A stretch of DNA of 64,000 nt from Klebsormidium nitens (GCA_000708835.1 DF237184.1:1-64000), one strand, 5' to 3'. Numbered from the stretch's first letter, positions 36,112 through 49,800 are shown. The notes: generated by a model from the sequence alone, not told the origin. Numbers and translations are program-made.

Positions 36112-37873
36112 ATGGCCGGACCAGCAAAGACGAGGCGGGAGCAGTTGAAGGAGTGAGTGCATCAATGATGATAAGCGAGTTGAGGCTCCGTGACCCTTAA
36201 AAAGCAGAGACCATCGACATGCACGAGACAAAAAACTCAATTCTGCCTTATCCTGACGGGGTTCGATGCAGAAACGACTAGAAAGCTAGGTTTGATCAAA
36301 ATATATGTCTTTATTCCTGCTTTGAGAAAGGGCTCTCTAAACAATCTTGTTGTGTATTGTTTGGTCTCTTTTTTCAGCGAATAAAATGCACAGAGCCCTT
36401 CAAAGCCTGGGCCCAGAAACGCGACTTTTGCAGTCATCTGGTACACTTGTTGGAGCTGTCATCTTCATTAGCCAGTAGTAACCGCGGGAGACACACAATG
36501 CCTTTCAGCAAGATTATCTACAAGAATCAAGACGATTTGAAGTACCGGTTAGAAAGCTGCAGAAGCTCGTCGGCTTCGAATATTATTGTGCCAGTGCCGA
36601 TTAGTTTTGGCTGACCTTGGAAAACGACTTCAACAGTCGAATGCATCTTAAACACTCTTCATCCACTGCAGCCAAATGGAGGACGCTAGGCTCGTGTACT
36701 TGAACACCCTTGAAGCTCCCCGAAGTGCCGTGAGCCAGCTTCGCTCCAAGAAACAGGAGTACCTGCAACTTTTGGAACAAGAGCGCCCAGATCTGGAGAA
36801 CGAGATCGGGCGCGTGAAGGATCTAAAAGAAGAGACCTGGCCTGCAGGAGAGTCAAGTCCTGATGCGGCCAATGAGGTGAGGGGTTTGCTTCTTTATTCC
36901 CCGCTTTGACTGCTCGGTAGTTGGACCTTTCACAGGACGTACTATCAAATTCATGTGCCTTAGATTTGGATACTGCAGGTTCTTATTGAAAAGGCTTGGA
37001 AAGTTCGTGAAAGAACCAGGTTGCAAGTGACAGAAAAGTAACAGACTGCAGAGGCCGCTTTCTGAAAGAGAACTTTCGGAGGCTATTTTGGTCGTTTCGG
37101 TTCCTGCAAACTCGGGACTGTCTTCACGCTTTGATCGTACATCCTATTCCTCTTGGTTGGGGCGGAACCTGATAACATCTCGCATCTGACTTGACAGGGG
37201 GGGGCCTGTGAAAGGGGGTACTTCGTGCCTGTACGCAAGCCCGGTATTCCGTACGTCTGATGACGTCTTATCTACTCAGACAGTGCCTGCTACGTTAACA
37301 GCCTGGTCTTCTGTTCTTAATACGCCATGTCTTTTATACTGAATAAAATGGTTGCAATTGCAGAACTTAGCTGCAGCAGCTCGCACGGAGGTCCCAAAAG
37401 TCTCCTCATTTGAGCGTTGGACTTGGTGATCGGATCCTTTGTAACACTTTACCTGATTACAGAGTGCCAACCTTTGCAGACACAGCCCGAGGAATCGAAA
37501 GAGACAGTCGACGAAGATGACACGTACGAAGCGGAGGAAGGGCTGGATGAGGAAGAGAATGAAGTGGAGGAGTGGAATGAGGACGAGAGTGAGGAGGAAG
37601 AGGAGGAGAATGTGCCGCCGCCACAGGACATGTCTATAATGGTCAATCTCATCAGCAAGAAGGGCCGCAACGGACGCCCGGGGAAAACAAAGACCGTGCG
37701 GGTGAACGAGGGTGATACCATGAGGGCGCTCAAGGAGCAGATCAGGATGACTTATGGCGTCCCACTGTGGCGTCCCAATCCATAAGCAACGCCTCATGGT
37801 GGACGGCAGGAAGCTCCAGGAGAAGTACCACCACATCAAGAATCGGTCCATTGTAGACGTGGTATACTCGTAG
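36112..37873 (+). pseudogene. Acidic protein with a C-terminal ubiquitin-like domain, frameshifted by a 13-bp insertion
   Basis: Exons 36112-36152, 36509-36547, 36672-36876 and 37480-37873 join in phase. As assembled the frame stops at 37785. Removing 37765-37777 restores ...GDTMRALKEQIRMTYGVPIHKQRLMVDGRKLQEKYHHIKNRSIVDVVYS*, a ubiquitin-like pattern. Confidence 0.6.
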
Positions 37874-39015
37874 CTTGAATGAGACAAATATGGCAGGGTT
37901 CTGTGCAACGTGACTCAATCTAGCTTGGCAGCTGCCTTCGTCTTTTCTGTAGCTAGCCCGAAGCACGTTCTATTTGCCCCTTCGGCAGATCGGATGATGC
38001 ACCTGTCATTTCGGATGATGCACCTGTTCGTACATAAGAATTGGTGACTTGATTGAAGGAGCTTTCTTTGATTACTACTCGTGCATTCCAATGCATTATA
38101 ATGCAGCAGTCTGTGTTGTATTCAAAACAGACTGAATGTCAATTCTAGTGAAAATAGCTTAAATTCGACCGTGATTGATCGACGAACAGTCATACGCGAT
38201 TCGAGAGGGAGAAGTCTTGTATCAGAGACTATGAACCGTCAAGCATCACTTAGCGCGCCCGTCACTCCAGCATAACGATTGCTCGTTGCAATTAGTCGCG
38301 TACGTTCTTAATCTGAGCCGTTGGCTCCTGCTGTTTGCATGTGAATAAATCAAACGTGGCGGCTGCATGATGAGCCTTTCCTCGACGATCGACTTTTGCG
38401 GTCATCATCATGATGATTGGAGTCTAGTAGATTGCATTCCCCGATCCCTTAAGAGGTCTACGTACGCGAATTGGTATCCAAGGTGCACGTATGCGCAAGG
38501 GAAGTTAGCTAGTGTGCAATCAAGCTTTTCAAAGATATATTATATGCACAGCTTGATTATCATTGATTGACCGGATGCGAACGTCAGCATGGCGTGCCAC
38601 GTTGCAAATGAATTCTATAAAGTCGGCATAATGGGGTCAGATCTTCAGTCGCAAAAATCATGCCTTACACTATCGACTTAACAGGACGATGTGATCCCAA
38701 TTGCGACCACAGCCATTGCGTACTGATCATGACAAGGCGCCTGTGCACAGACTGGCCGGTAGCAAAGTGGCCCTCACGAAGTGAACCATACGCACATGCA
38801 TGACATGCAGGATGCTCAAGCGACAAAACTTACAAGCCCTCAATCTCTGCATTGCGAAACGCAAAACCGTTTCAAGCGATCTGCGAAAGAGCAAGTCGGT
38901 GCATGCAAAACGGCCCCCTCCCTCTCCACTTCCCAAAAGCCAGAGGGATGTTTGTTGTCCTAAGCTGAGTTTTGCTCTTGATACACTTTCCTCACTCAGC
39001 ATCTCTTTAACGATG

Positions 39016-42000
39016 TCACCCGGTGTCCTCGAGGGCAACTTTTTGCTCAACGCTTCCCGCTAACTCGTCTAGCTCGTCGGGATCCAGATCGTCATCGTCA
39101 TCAAACATGTCTTCTAATTCCTGTTTCGTGACCGCCCCGCTAGAAAGAGCCGCCGACGGTCCTGCTTCGTCGTCCTTCAATGACTTGGACGCATTACCGT
39201 TCGCGCCCGAGTCGCTAGCCTGCGACAACAAACCAACAAAAGAGAGTCAAGAAAAGCCGTACCAGCAGCAAGGTAGCTATTTCTACAACTCTTTGGACAG
39301 CACAATGACTGCTAACATGACTGCAGCAATGTATTTGAACTTCCGCGCGCATCCCGCAGGTGACAAATCTGATCCACCTGAAAACTACAACAGAGCAGCC
39401 TGGCAGGCTCTTGACAAAGACTGTGTCTGAGCGGGTCAAACCGCTGCTCTGAAAAGCTTCTGTAAAGTCTGCCCGAGCTGTTTTCTTCATTTTGTTTGAT
39501 GAAAACTCTATGTCTGCAGCAGGGTCCTATTCAACATGAGCCCCCACCTCGTGTGCGGCTTAGTCTGGTACGGGTCGGGTGACAGTCCTAAGCCAGTATC
39601 TTGCTTATCCTGTTGCTATCGTCTCGACTTATCAAGCATGGTCGAAAGGACTGACTTGACCGGACGGGCATTCGCTGATCGTCGGTCGGATGGACACATG
39701 ACCGTGCTCATTCAACGGCCACATTTCTGCCACACTCGCAGACATGCAGCGTCCCCCGCAAAGCCCAAATACCTGAACACTTTCAGCAGCCAAAATTTCA
39801 GCAATCTGATCAGTCAATATTTTGCCGGCACGGGGTGTCGATCAACCCTCCAGCTAAACGAGCTTGGTCAGTGGCTGAGGCTCACCTCTTTTGCTTCGGC
39901 GTCCGCCCTCTGCTCCTCTTCCTTGCTCCGCTCGTACTCGGCATACGCCCCGTCGTCATCCACGAACCATGAAGCGTCCGAAAGGAACAGTTCTCGCCCA
40001 CTGCAAAGAGTCATATGCGAAGCTTCTTTAGCAATCAACATGAGGGGTTTGAAAGAGAGAGCCTTGTTTCAATCAAAAGCCTGGAGCTGACTCGGGGATC
40101 CCATGTTAGTCTGTGCTTCTTTGGAAAACCCCTCCGCTGACAAGCAGTATGGCCGAAGTGAACCGCTCACCCAAAACGAAGGTGTCTACGAAACAATGAA
40201 TCGAGCTCACAACGGACTAAAAACAATTCTCTGAGCAGCGCCGAAGGCACCTCTGCGGCTTTACTGGTCTTTAACGGCAATGGTCAGCCTTTCGGCCTTG
40301 TAATGAGCAACTTTCCAACTTCTAAGTGGAACACCGGGAAAACAGACTGTACTGTCGTCAAGCAGGTGTCTCTTGTGAACCCCCAGAACGCTGTCGGGCA
40401 CGTTCGTCTTTCAATCTGCACTGAATTGAAGATTGGTGGTCACAAACAGCATCCTAACTCGCCTGGAAGCGTTGCTAATCAGGAAAGAGCGGCAGGGGAA
40501 AAAGGCTTGCCTCAGCCGATCGTTCTTGGCCCTCTCGGCCGTCTTCTCGGCCAGTTCCTGCTCCCGCTTTTCCTGCTTCTTGCGCTTCCACTCCGCAAAC
40601 AGCTCCGCCGTGAGGGGCGTCGACGAGGCCAGCTTGTGCCGCTGCAAGACGAGGACTGGGTCAGACTCTCATTGTCAACGTGCAGAGCCACGTAGTTTCA
40701 GGATCGCGGCCGCTGGGAAAGTCCATTTGATGCATGGCCAAAAACACGCGGGGCCTGCGCCTTTCTTGGTTTCTTGGTGCTCTGGACGTCGGCCAAGCGG
40801 AAGTAGCAAGCGTGGCTCTCCAGAAACATATCTCACTCCACCGCAAAACCAGGCTGCCTTTTTCAGCTTCGGCCTGTAAACCTTATCTGACCACTCGCGC
40901 TAACCTCGAAGACGTCAGATAGTCCAGGCCTGCAACCTCACAGAATGATGATGTGTTGTTGACAAAAGCCCTAGATTCCTCGATCTCACAACCCCACAGC
41001 CTCGCAACCTACAAAGCCACAACCTCACATCCCGAAGCCTCACCTCTGGCTCAATCTCGTCCTCAACCGCCACTCTGTTGCTCTCCTTTTCCAGCAGCGC
41101 CTTCATCTGGCTCTTATTTCATCAGACCCTGGCAAAAAAACCAGCCAAACCTCACTCTTCCAGAAACCCATAAATGGTCAACTGCAAACCCCGCATTCCC
41201 CTCACCTCTTGCTCAATCTCGTCCTCGACCGCCATCTTGTTGCTCTCCTCTTCCAGCAGCGCCTTCATCTGGCTCTTGAGCACGTACCCGGCCGGCAGCG
41301 CGTGCCGGTAGATGCACGCCTTTCCGTTTGGACAACTCCAGAACCACCCGTACTGCTTCTTCTCGACAGCGTCCAAGAAGAACTTGCACACAATCGCCGT
41401 CGCATTGTTTTGATTGGAGCTGAACTCGGCCGCCTTGCGCTTCACCACGTCCTCCAGCTTCTCCTGGTCCCAGTCCTCCATCGTCTCTGTAAAAAGTGCA
41501 CGAAAACCCCTCATTTAATCTGCTTTACTCATCTCTTTTGTCCTGTAATGCTTTCATTGAATTCTCCCTGCAAAAATCTCGACGAAGAACGTCTTGTACC
41601 GGATGATTTTTGATGGCAACATTACAAACAGTCTGTGTGATGACTGCGAAATGCACAGAAGTATCCACGTGTCTCAAGCGCTTCCGCGACAAGGCAGCGC
41701 ATGAATAGTGAAGGCACGAGAGCAACCGACCAGCATTACGGGCTAACATACGTCAGATTTTAAACTTGTTAAAGTGAGCGATTGGAGGACATCCTTTCCA
41801 CACCATTGGGCCTTGCTTCTGCTGGATAATATCTCATTTGTGCTCCCGACGATCGGCGGCTGGCGGACGGACAGGGCCAAGCAATCAACGCAGTCTATCT
41901 CCAAAACACGTTGATTTTGTACTGATGTTAGGGCAGAGCTCCCGGTCTCACCTTCACCGTCCTCCCTTGCATCATGGTAGATATCGATCTTTGCGCTCTT

Positions 42001-43286
42001 GCGCTCAACCGACAGGTCATGCGAGAACTTGCACTTGAAGCCCTTGGCGCACTGGCCGTGCCGGAAGAACTCGCACACAATTGACTTGGGGTCCACGCCT
42101 GCACTCCGAACACGTCTCATTGTCACTTTGTCTTGATGTTACATGAGCCTAGTTGAGTGCACGGGGTGAGGCACAGGGGACTCTCCGGCAAAGGAATGTA
42201 CTTTGAGTGCCCAGGTTTGGCTTAGTTCAGTATAGAGCAAGGGCATCCAAGTACCGCCCCGCATTGGACGAAATTCCATATAAATAGTTAAAAACCGCAC
42301 ATGCACAACGGGGTGGCGCCTACATGCTGATCCTAACCCAATCAGGTCAGGTCCACGAAACATATAGTGGCGCCAGAGACTGATGCTTCATTGCACATGA
42401 AGGACAGGTCGGCGTGCCTCACCTACAGGTACCTTAGGCTGCGTGATGGCGACCTTGAAAAGTTCATTAAGCTCCTTCTCACGCTGAGCCTCAGCCTCCT
42501 TCTTTTTCTGCAACAGACAAGTTGGCTACTTCAGGGCCAACCGAGAATTTGCAAGAACCTTAAGTACGATTTCATGTGGATCAACGATTAGCATTAAGAA
42601 ACCTCTTAAAGTAAAGGATTAGGGTTTACAAGACACGAACAGACTATCACAATCTGCAGCATAACAAATACACCGAATCGATTGGGCACAGTCCTTCAGT
42701 ATTCAACAGATAAGAAAGGTCGAAGGGTTGTCATTGTTTTCCGCAAGCATGCGAAACCTCTCATGCCACCATTACCAGGTTTCAACCTCTGTCAACAAAT
42801 CAACTGACTGATTCCAGATTCGACTCCGTCAGCTGTTCAAGGAGCGCAAGATAATTCCTGCCACAGGCCAGGCTGCTGAATAGGATGTGTCCTCCCGAAC
42901 TCTTGGTCCAGATGCCCGTAACCATGCCGTCACCTTCAACTCTGCAAGTTTACAGTTTGCGCAGCTGCATTTTTGGCTCTTTTCAGACTTCAGCCTGAGA
43001 TGAGCCAGCAAAGGAGAAACTCCATCCTCAAATGCACACAATCCAGCAACCTACGAAAGAAAGGCTCCGCAGAGCTCACTCTTTGTGCGTCTTTCTCGGC
43101 ATTCGGGTCTAGTTTCGACTTAGCCACCGCCTGTGCAGAGCTTTGAAGGTTTTTTACGTACTGCTGCACTGCTTTGCTCTTGTTCTTGTTCTTCAGCCCA
43201 AACGTCTTGTCCTCCGCAACTTTCTGCTTCTTAGCTACCTCGGCTTTTGTGGCGGCTTTAGCCGCTTTCCCCGACTTGGGAGGCAT
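39016..43286 (-). CDS. ZC3H15: ZC3H15/DFRP1/Tma46 CCCH zinc-finger protein (7 exons)
   Basis: Exons 43286-43080, 42507-42423, 42098-41952, 41486-41206, 40641-40511, 40000-39886 and 39219-39016. Motifs: [83 protein letters not shown] and SGRELF. Confidence 0.92.
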
Positions 43287-43899
43287 CTTGCCTGACCCTC
43301 CTTCGTATGCCAAGGCAAGGAGCTCCCTGCAATGTCTTCAAAAACCCAGGCCAACCAGCTCTCAAGCCTCGGGCACAGGGGCGCCCCAAATGTTGCTCCC
43401 TCCGTCCTAACTAGCCACATCTAGCTCCCTCTCGTCTTGCCTCGAGTCGATCCTTGCTACGCAGTGTTGTTTCTGCAAGTCAATTGCTTTTGGCACGATC
43501 ATAAGATTTGCCAGCCCCTTATGAGCTGGGCACAAGCTATTCAAGCCCCCGTTCTTTTGTACCTATGTACCATCGATTGAAAAGGATCGACGGCGAGCGT
43601 TAAAAAGAGCCTTGTTGACATTGTTTGGGGGGTACTGGTAGAAAAGAAGGTAGGAACGCTCTGCAAAAAATTTACCAGGTGTAAAACCTTCAGATAGGTA
43701 CTCTCTCTGCATTTCTCTCTCTTCACGGTGTTCACCACGCACCAATTGAATTTCATCTAAGACTAAAGTTCCTCATCATGTTCATGGATATTCACCAGCG
43801 GAAGATGGCCGCCACAACATTTTAGAAGGGCAGAAATATTCAAGCGACGCCTCAACCTCCACCAACTGCGTGTCGGTGCCGAGTGGTTTGAAGGGCAAG

Positions 43900-46800
43900 A
43901 TGTATCAGCAAAAGCAGTTCTTCAAGAAAACGCGTGGAGGCAAGATCCTGAAAGTAAGCACTCCATCTTGAAGGGCCATCCACTTTCACATCAGCAGGCG
44001 GCATGCGTGGAAGCATCATATTATCAGCTCACTGTCGTCAACGGAGAGAAGCGAGGCCGTACCACCATTTTCTGGGGCCTTGAATACTCCCTTTCATTGT
44101 TCACATACGATATTGTTGTCGTGCTTCTTGTATTCACTCCATCAAGAGCATAAATCGAGGTGGAGCTTCCCAAACACCAAGAAACGAAGCTCTTTTTAAA
44201 ACCAGAAGGGTTTTCACAGCATTGATGCTTCATGCTAGTGAACTTGAGCCAAATCCCTCACAACCACCACGCAAAAGGACTCGCTCAATTGACACCCACT
44301 TGGAACTGAAGCTTCTCTTTTCACTAGCTCTGCCTCCCAGGTGGTGGTATAATGATGGTCTAAAGATGAACAGCTTGACCACATTTTGATTGCACCACCT
44401 TCTATCAAAACACCTCCTTCGATGGGGCGCTGGTGGTCACTTGCGGTGTTCATTAATTGTGATCAATCATTCGCACCCTCTTCTGTTGTAAAACGACACA
44501 CGTGGCTTACATATTGTTTAGGATCTTTTCTTTGAAGCATTTGTCTTTTGTTGTTTTTTAGTGTTCTTATTCTATGGTTGCAGGTTCACCGTGAGCACTA
44601 CCTACGGGACGACATTGTGTGTGGCTCGCTCGCGTGCACTACCTGCGCCCATGGGGACAGCACGGTCCTCAGCTCGGAGGCGGCTCAGTATCTGCTGATA
44701 GATACAAATGTCGCCCTGCATCAGGTATAGTTGAGCACCGTTTCTTCAGGCGGTCGAGTGACTAGATACTCCAGCCTTTTCTGCCCATGCGGATCCTTGC
44801 ACTAGGTTCCTTCTTTTGGACTTTTGGCAGTCACGTTCATAGGCTCAGTGCGAGCACCAGCACAGAATCAAAGGTGACTCTCCGCCCTTTTCGCACCTGG
44901 GCGTTCCCTCTAGATTAAGACAGTTCTGCACTTGCCTCAAGATGCCAGAAGCAGCTGGGAATCTGATTGATCAGCAAGAATGGCAGGTGAACCCGAGGAT
45001 TTGAGCAGTGATCAAGAGACACTTGAAAGTCACGGACGGGTAAATCAGTGCCCGTTGGTCATATTCGAGTCACAATTAATCAGAAACTTCACAGCCCGTC
45101 AAGATACATCCTGAATGCTCCTGCCCATTGGGGCCATGCTTTGTGTCGCTGACTGAACAGTATGAGGTAGAACAACACCAGGGTTCCAACGGGGAATAAG
45201 AAAACAATGAAGATGGAAATCAAAACTGAAGTTGAAAATAGATACTCGAATTGCCCAGAAAAGACGGGTCACGACGTCAGCGGGGGGTGTTTGCAGATGG
45301 ACCTCCTGGAGAACGCGGCCATCGCTGACGTCATCGTCCCGGAGGTGGTGCTGAGCGAGGTGCAGGCGCGGAACAAGGCGATCCACGGGCGCCTCCGCTT
45401 GCTGGTGGCCGACAAGAGCCGGCGCTTTTTTGTCTTCTCAAACGAGCACCACAAGTGAGTGCGTCTCGCCGGTCTTGCGCTGGGTTCTTCTTCTTTTTCG
45501 TTCTTGGTAGACCTTACTTTTCCATGCGTCAGTAAAGTCAGTGAAGGGTCAGTTTCTGATTCTGCTTGTGTGCCACTTTGGCTGGGGCGAATACTTAGGT
45601 TCTACTTAGGGGGTTCTTCCACCTAGCGGTCGGTCTTCGTTCCCTAAATTCCCATTGGCTGAAACCCCCTATTTCTGCGGTGAACCGGTCTTTAACTGAC
45701 CGGTCTTCCGAATTTTCAGTGCCACGTCGGCGGTCAAGAAAATGCATTTTCTCTACCGCTGCACTCCAGCGGTAGAGAAAATGCCCCAGTGGTCTTCCGA
45801 AGCCATCGGTGGTTTCAGCCAATCAGAAGACGATGCACACCGTGGGGGCTCGGAACCCAATGATTGGGTACCCTGTCTGCACTGGTGCCTCCAGTTTATG
45901 AACGAAGACCGACCGGAAGGAAGACCGGAGGCCCCTTCCATCAAGCGGTGGTCGGTCAACAATTTTCTGGAATCCTATTGGCTACCTTCACAGCCCTCCG
46001 GTCTTTCTAGCTGGTCTTCGCATTTTCATTTCACGAAGACCGACCGCTAGGTGGAAGAACCCCCTTAGGTGTTACCAATCTATGGGGAGGGAACACCCCA
46101 AAGATGTGTTCCTGCGCTTTGCTTGCGACCTTGAAAGGAAGTTGGAGGCTGAGCACTGATTCAGTCAACGCATGGCAAGGGCTTTAGGCAGGTTGTCTCC
46201 CACTCTCAGCAAAGTTTTGGATTCGAAGGCTCGTGAATAAGATGTATGCTTCATCTGTGATCCTCTCTACTTGTTTCTTCCATGTCCAAAATTTCTAAAA
46301 CTGAACAGAAGATGCCTGGAACGCTCCTTTAGTACGCCCTTCTCCACTCGTCTGTTGGAGAGCTTGTTTACTATTGTGACCTTGCGCATCTGCAGAGACA
46401 CATTCGTCAAAACGGAGAAGGGGGAGATTGTCAATGACCGCAACGATCGCGGTAAGACGAATAGTCTTCTGACCATTTCCTCTCGATTTTCATTCTGATC
46501 GTTAAATTCCATACACGCAAGCAGCTATGCTGCCGGAATGTATAGAGACCGAGGATGACTGATTGAGCAAAGTGGGGGTAATCACAATTACGGATCTTGT
46601 TGAAGCTGACCGCCACGTTAGTCTGTTCTCGTCCTTGGCAACATCTGAATTGTGCCATAACATCAGTCAAAAGGTTGAATGGCCCACATTTGTGGTCCGC
46701 GACATGTATTGTCTTTAACAACGGCCTTGTCTGATTGATCGTGAGGTAGATGATCCCACGAGGTTGAACCCCCGGTTGGGCTTCTATTTTTGATTATCAC

Positions 46801-49800
46801 CTGAAGTTGTTTCCTTTCTTATCGCTGATTGATTCGTGTATCTCTGGAATATGTTGAAAATTCTAGAACTCTCAGTATTCTACGAATCTTGGGAGTCTTC
46901 GACATCCTCCGCTCTTCACATTTCGACACCCGCATCTCCGCAGCCATTCGCAGAGCAACCACGTGGTATCAGTCCCACCTGGCCGGGAAGACGCCCGACG
47001 TCCTCCTGCTGACGAACGATGCGGACAACGCGCGCAGAGCGCGCGACGAGGGGGCCGCCGCGCAAACGGTGTATGCATACGTCCAATCCCGTACGGATAA
47101 ACCGGAGCTTTTAGACTTTGTTGCGAGGACGGGGGACACAGGCGGGGAGGCGGCGGGGCCGTCGGCGGAGGGGGACGCAGGGCCGCAGGCAAAGAGGAGG
47201 ATGCTCTATGCGGAGGTGAGAGGACGCAACATTGTCTTTGCCCGCCCAAAGGGTCTAAGCAGCCCACAACAAGCAGAAATAAGCAAGTAAGTTGAGAAAC
47301 ACCTCTGCTAACCGATTGCAAGGGTTTTTTGTGCAATTTGCATGCGCTTTTCAAGTACAAATTTTGTGACACAAGTCAGTCTGTGCTTGGGCCGAAAAAA
47401 AGAGTGCCGCTTTTGACCCTTGGTTCCGTTCGCGCTTTGTCCTCTGCTTCGCGCTGAACGTCTTTTCTCCCTACGATTGAAACCACGCGTGACGTGCACT
47501 CCCATTCTCCTTCTTGAACCTTAGCGGTAGGCCTTCTGAGCTTAAGCTTCGTCTAACAGATCCACGATATAGATTTTAAATATCAACTCTGTTCTGTCAC
47601 CTTCTGCAGCACAAGGGCATGGCGGAGCTGACGGCGGGCCTGCAGAAGGGGCTGTTCCACCAAGGCAAGCTGCGCGTCAACCGCTTCAACTGCTTCGAGG
47701 CGTACGTCGGTAGCCAGAGCGTGGGGAAGGAGATCCTCATCCAGGTGCGGCAACGAACAACCTTGCCTCAAAAAACCTCGGAAGCCGCTTCGCATGGAGC
47801 TTTCGAAGCTGCGAACCCCTTCGAAGCGGCAAATAAGTCAAGACAGGCGGAGCGCAAAAGCTTCGGAAGCGTGTCGGTACCGTCTATCGATTGACGTCAG
47901 CAGATGGACGCGGAAGCTTCAGCTTCGTTGAGTTTTGAGGGTTCTGCCCGTCTGGCCCAAACTCTTTGCAGAAGCGTGTTCTTATGGAATCGGGGTGCCC
48001 ATGACTAGAATCTGCAGACTGGGGATATGTGAGGTTGAACGGCTGCGACAATATTCTGGCCGTTGTGAAAGACTGCGATCCGCCTGAAGAAACCAGAAGC
48101 ATACGGATGACCCTTTGATTGGTTGATCATTAGTTCTCCGCTTCGTTAAGGAGACGGCAATTTGCACAGGAAGCAGAAGTGTATGTACTCACTCGAGGCA
48201 CCGTTTGGGGGACTCCTGTCGTCTAGACAACGTCTCAGCCTGTGTGATGTCCACTGTTAGGGGCGGGAGTCGCAAACAAAAAAAGTCACAAGTCGAAGAG
48301 AAGCTGGTTCCGACGACTTCCGAAGAGCGTTGCATAGGGCCACGTCGGCAGCAGCCTACCTCAGAGGATGCATCTGCGAAGCATCAGAACGTAGTAAGAC
48401 ACACGGAAGCTATTCAAGGCCAATCAGAAACGCCTCACTATGAGATACATCAAGTTGGACTTCTGCTGACTTTCTCGGCAGGGCCGCGAGGATCTGAACC
48501 GGGCGGTCGACGGGGACGTCGTGGCCGTGGAGCTGCTGCCCCCCGAGCAGTGGAAGGGCCCCGAGGGCGGCATCTTCCGGGAGCACGACGAGGAGGAGGA
48601 AGGCGTAGCGGAAAACGCGGAGGAGGGCGCGGGACTGGCTCCGGAGATTGCGGAAGACGCCCCCGGGGCAGCGCTGGAGAATCTGGACATTGGGAAGGAG
48701 GGGGGGAGGGTGCCGACCGGGAGGGTAGTTGGGATCATCAAGCGGAACTGGCGAAAGTGAGTTCGAAGTGACCACAGATTGCTTCTGGATTTCCATCGTG
48801 AGGCGAAGATTTTGATTGCTTCTCTATTGCTTCTCTATTCTCGATCCTTGATGGCCAAACACTTCGCAAACGTGCCGTGAAGTGCGTCAGTGACCCTCCC
48901 TCAGGATTGGCGGTACACTTTTGTCCAGTCGTTCGCAAGTGCCAAACGTCCAGCTGTCGAACTTTGTACTACGTTGCAGTTGAAAAGACGAAGGAAGCGG
49001 TCGAGTGACGTCTTCCCACGGACGCTTTCTGTTGCGAGGCTTCCGTTGAGAAAGTCCTTTGCAGGCTAGCAATCCCAAAACGGCGACCCTTTCCGACAGT
49101 GGTTAGGGGCTTTTTCGAGCCATCGGGGCTCCGAATAAGTTGTAAACTCTGATTCTTATCTCCGATCTTGAGAGTTCAAACCCTGAAATAAAAGTACTAA
49201 AGCGTAACGATTCACCGCGCCTTTTTGCAGCTGTGCGCGCTCCCTCGAGCCAACGAGGGCCCGGAGGGTCTGGCGCTATGGCGCACCCGCTGTTCGTAAG
49301 CGTCGCCCGGCGAGTGCCTAAAATTCGCATCCGATAAAAACCTTAACCAATTCTAAACGGCAGTCCCGAAACTACAAGCAACAAACCCTAAAATCTAAAG
49401 CACATCTTTCTGCAGCTATGCGGGCTCCCTAGAGCCGATGAAAGGCCCCGGAGGCTCCGGCGCTATGGCGCACCCGTTGTTCGTGAGCGTCGACCGGCGG
49501 GTGCCCAAAATCCGCATCCAGACGCGCCAGCTGGCAAACTTGGCGGACAAGCGAATCATAGTGGCAATCGACAAGTGGGACCGGACGTCACGATATCCGG
49601 AGGGGCACTACATCAAGACGCTGGGGGATATTGGGGACCGGGCGACGGAAAGCGAGGTGAGAAAACGCGCAGTTAGGATGTCGCACAGTTTTGAAAGATC
49701 ATCATTTGGTGACGGATCTTGACGTTGATACCGTTCAAATTTTCAATCGACGTTCTGGATTTGCGAAGGAAGGGGAACACCTGCGGCAACAGACACCAAC

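Noticed and set aside
37276-37908. 210-aa hydrophobic minus-strand ORF
   Set aside because: Reverse complement of the Glu/Asp-rich exon of the UBL gene; GAG/GAA runs read as Leu/Phe on the other strand.
37986-38030. Short tandem duplication tcggatgatgcacctgt x2
   Set aside because: An ordinary local duplication in 3' intergenic DNA with no further structure. Similar ones occur at 50249-50288 and 56058-56080.
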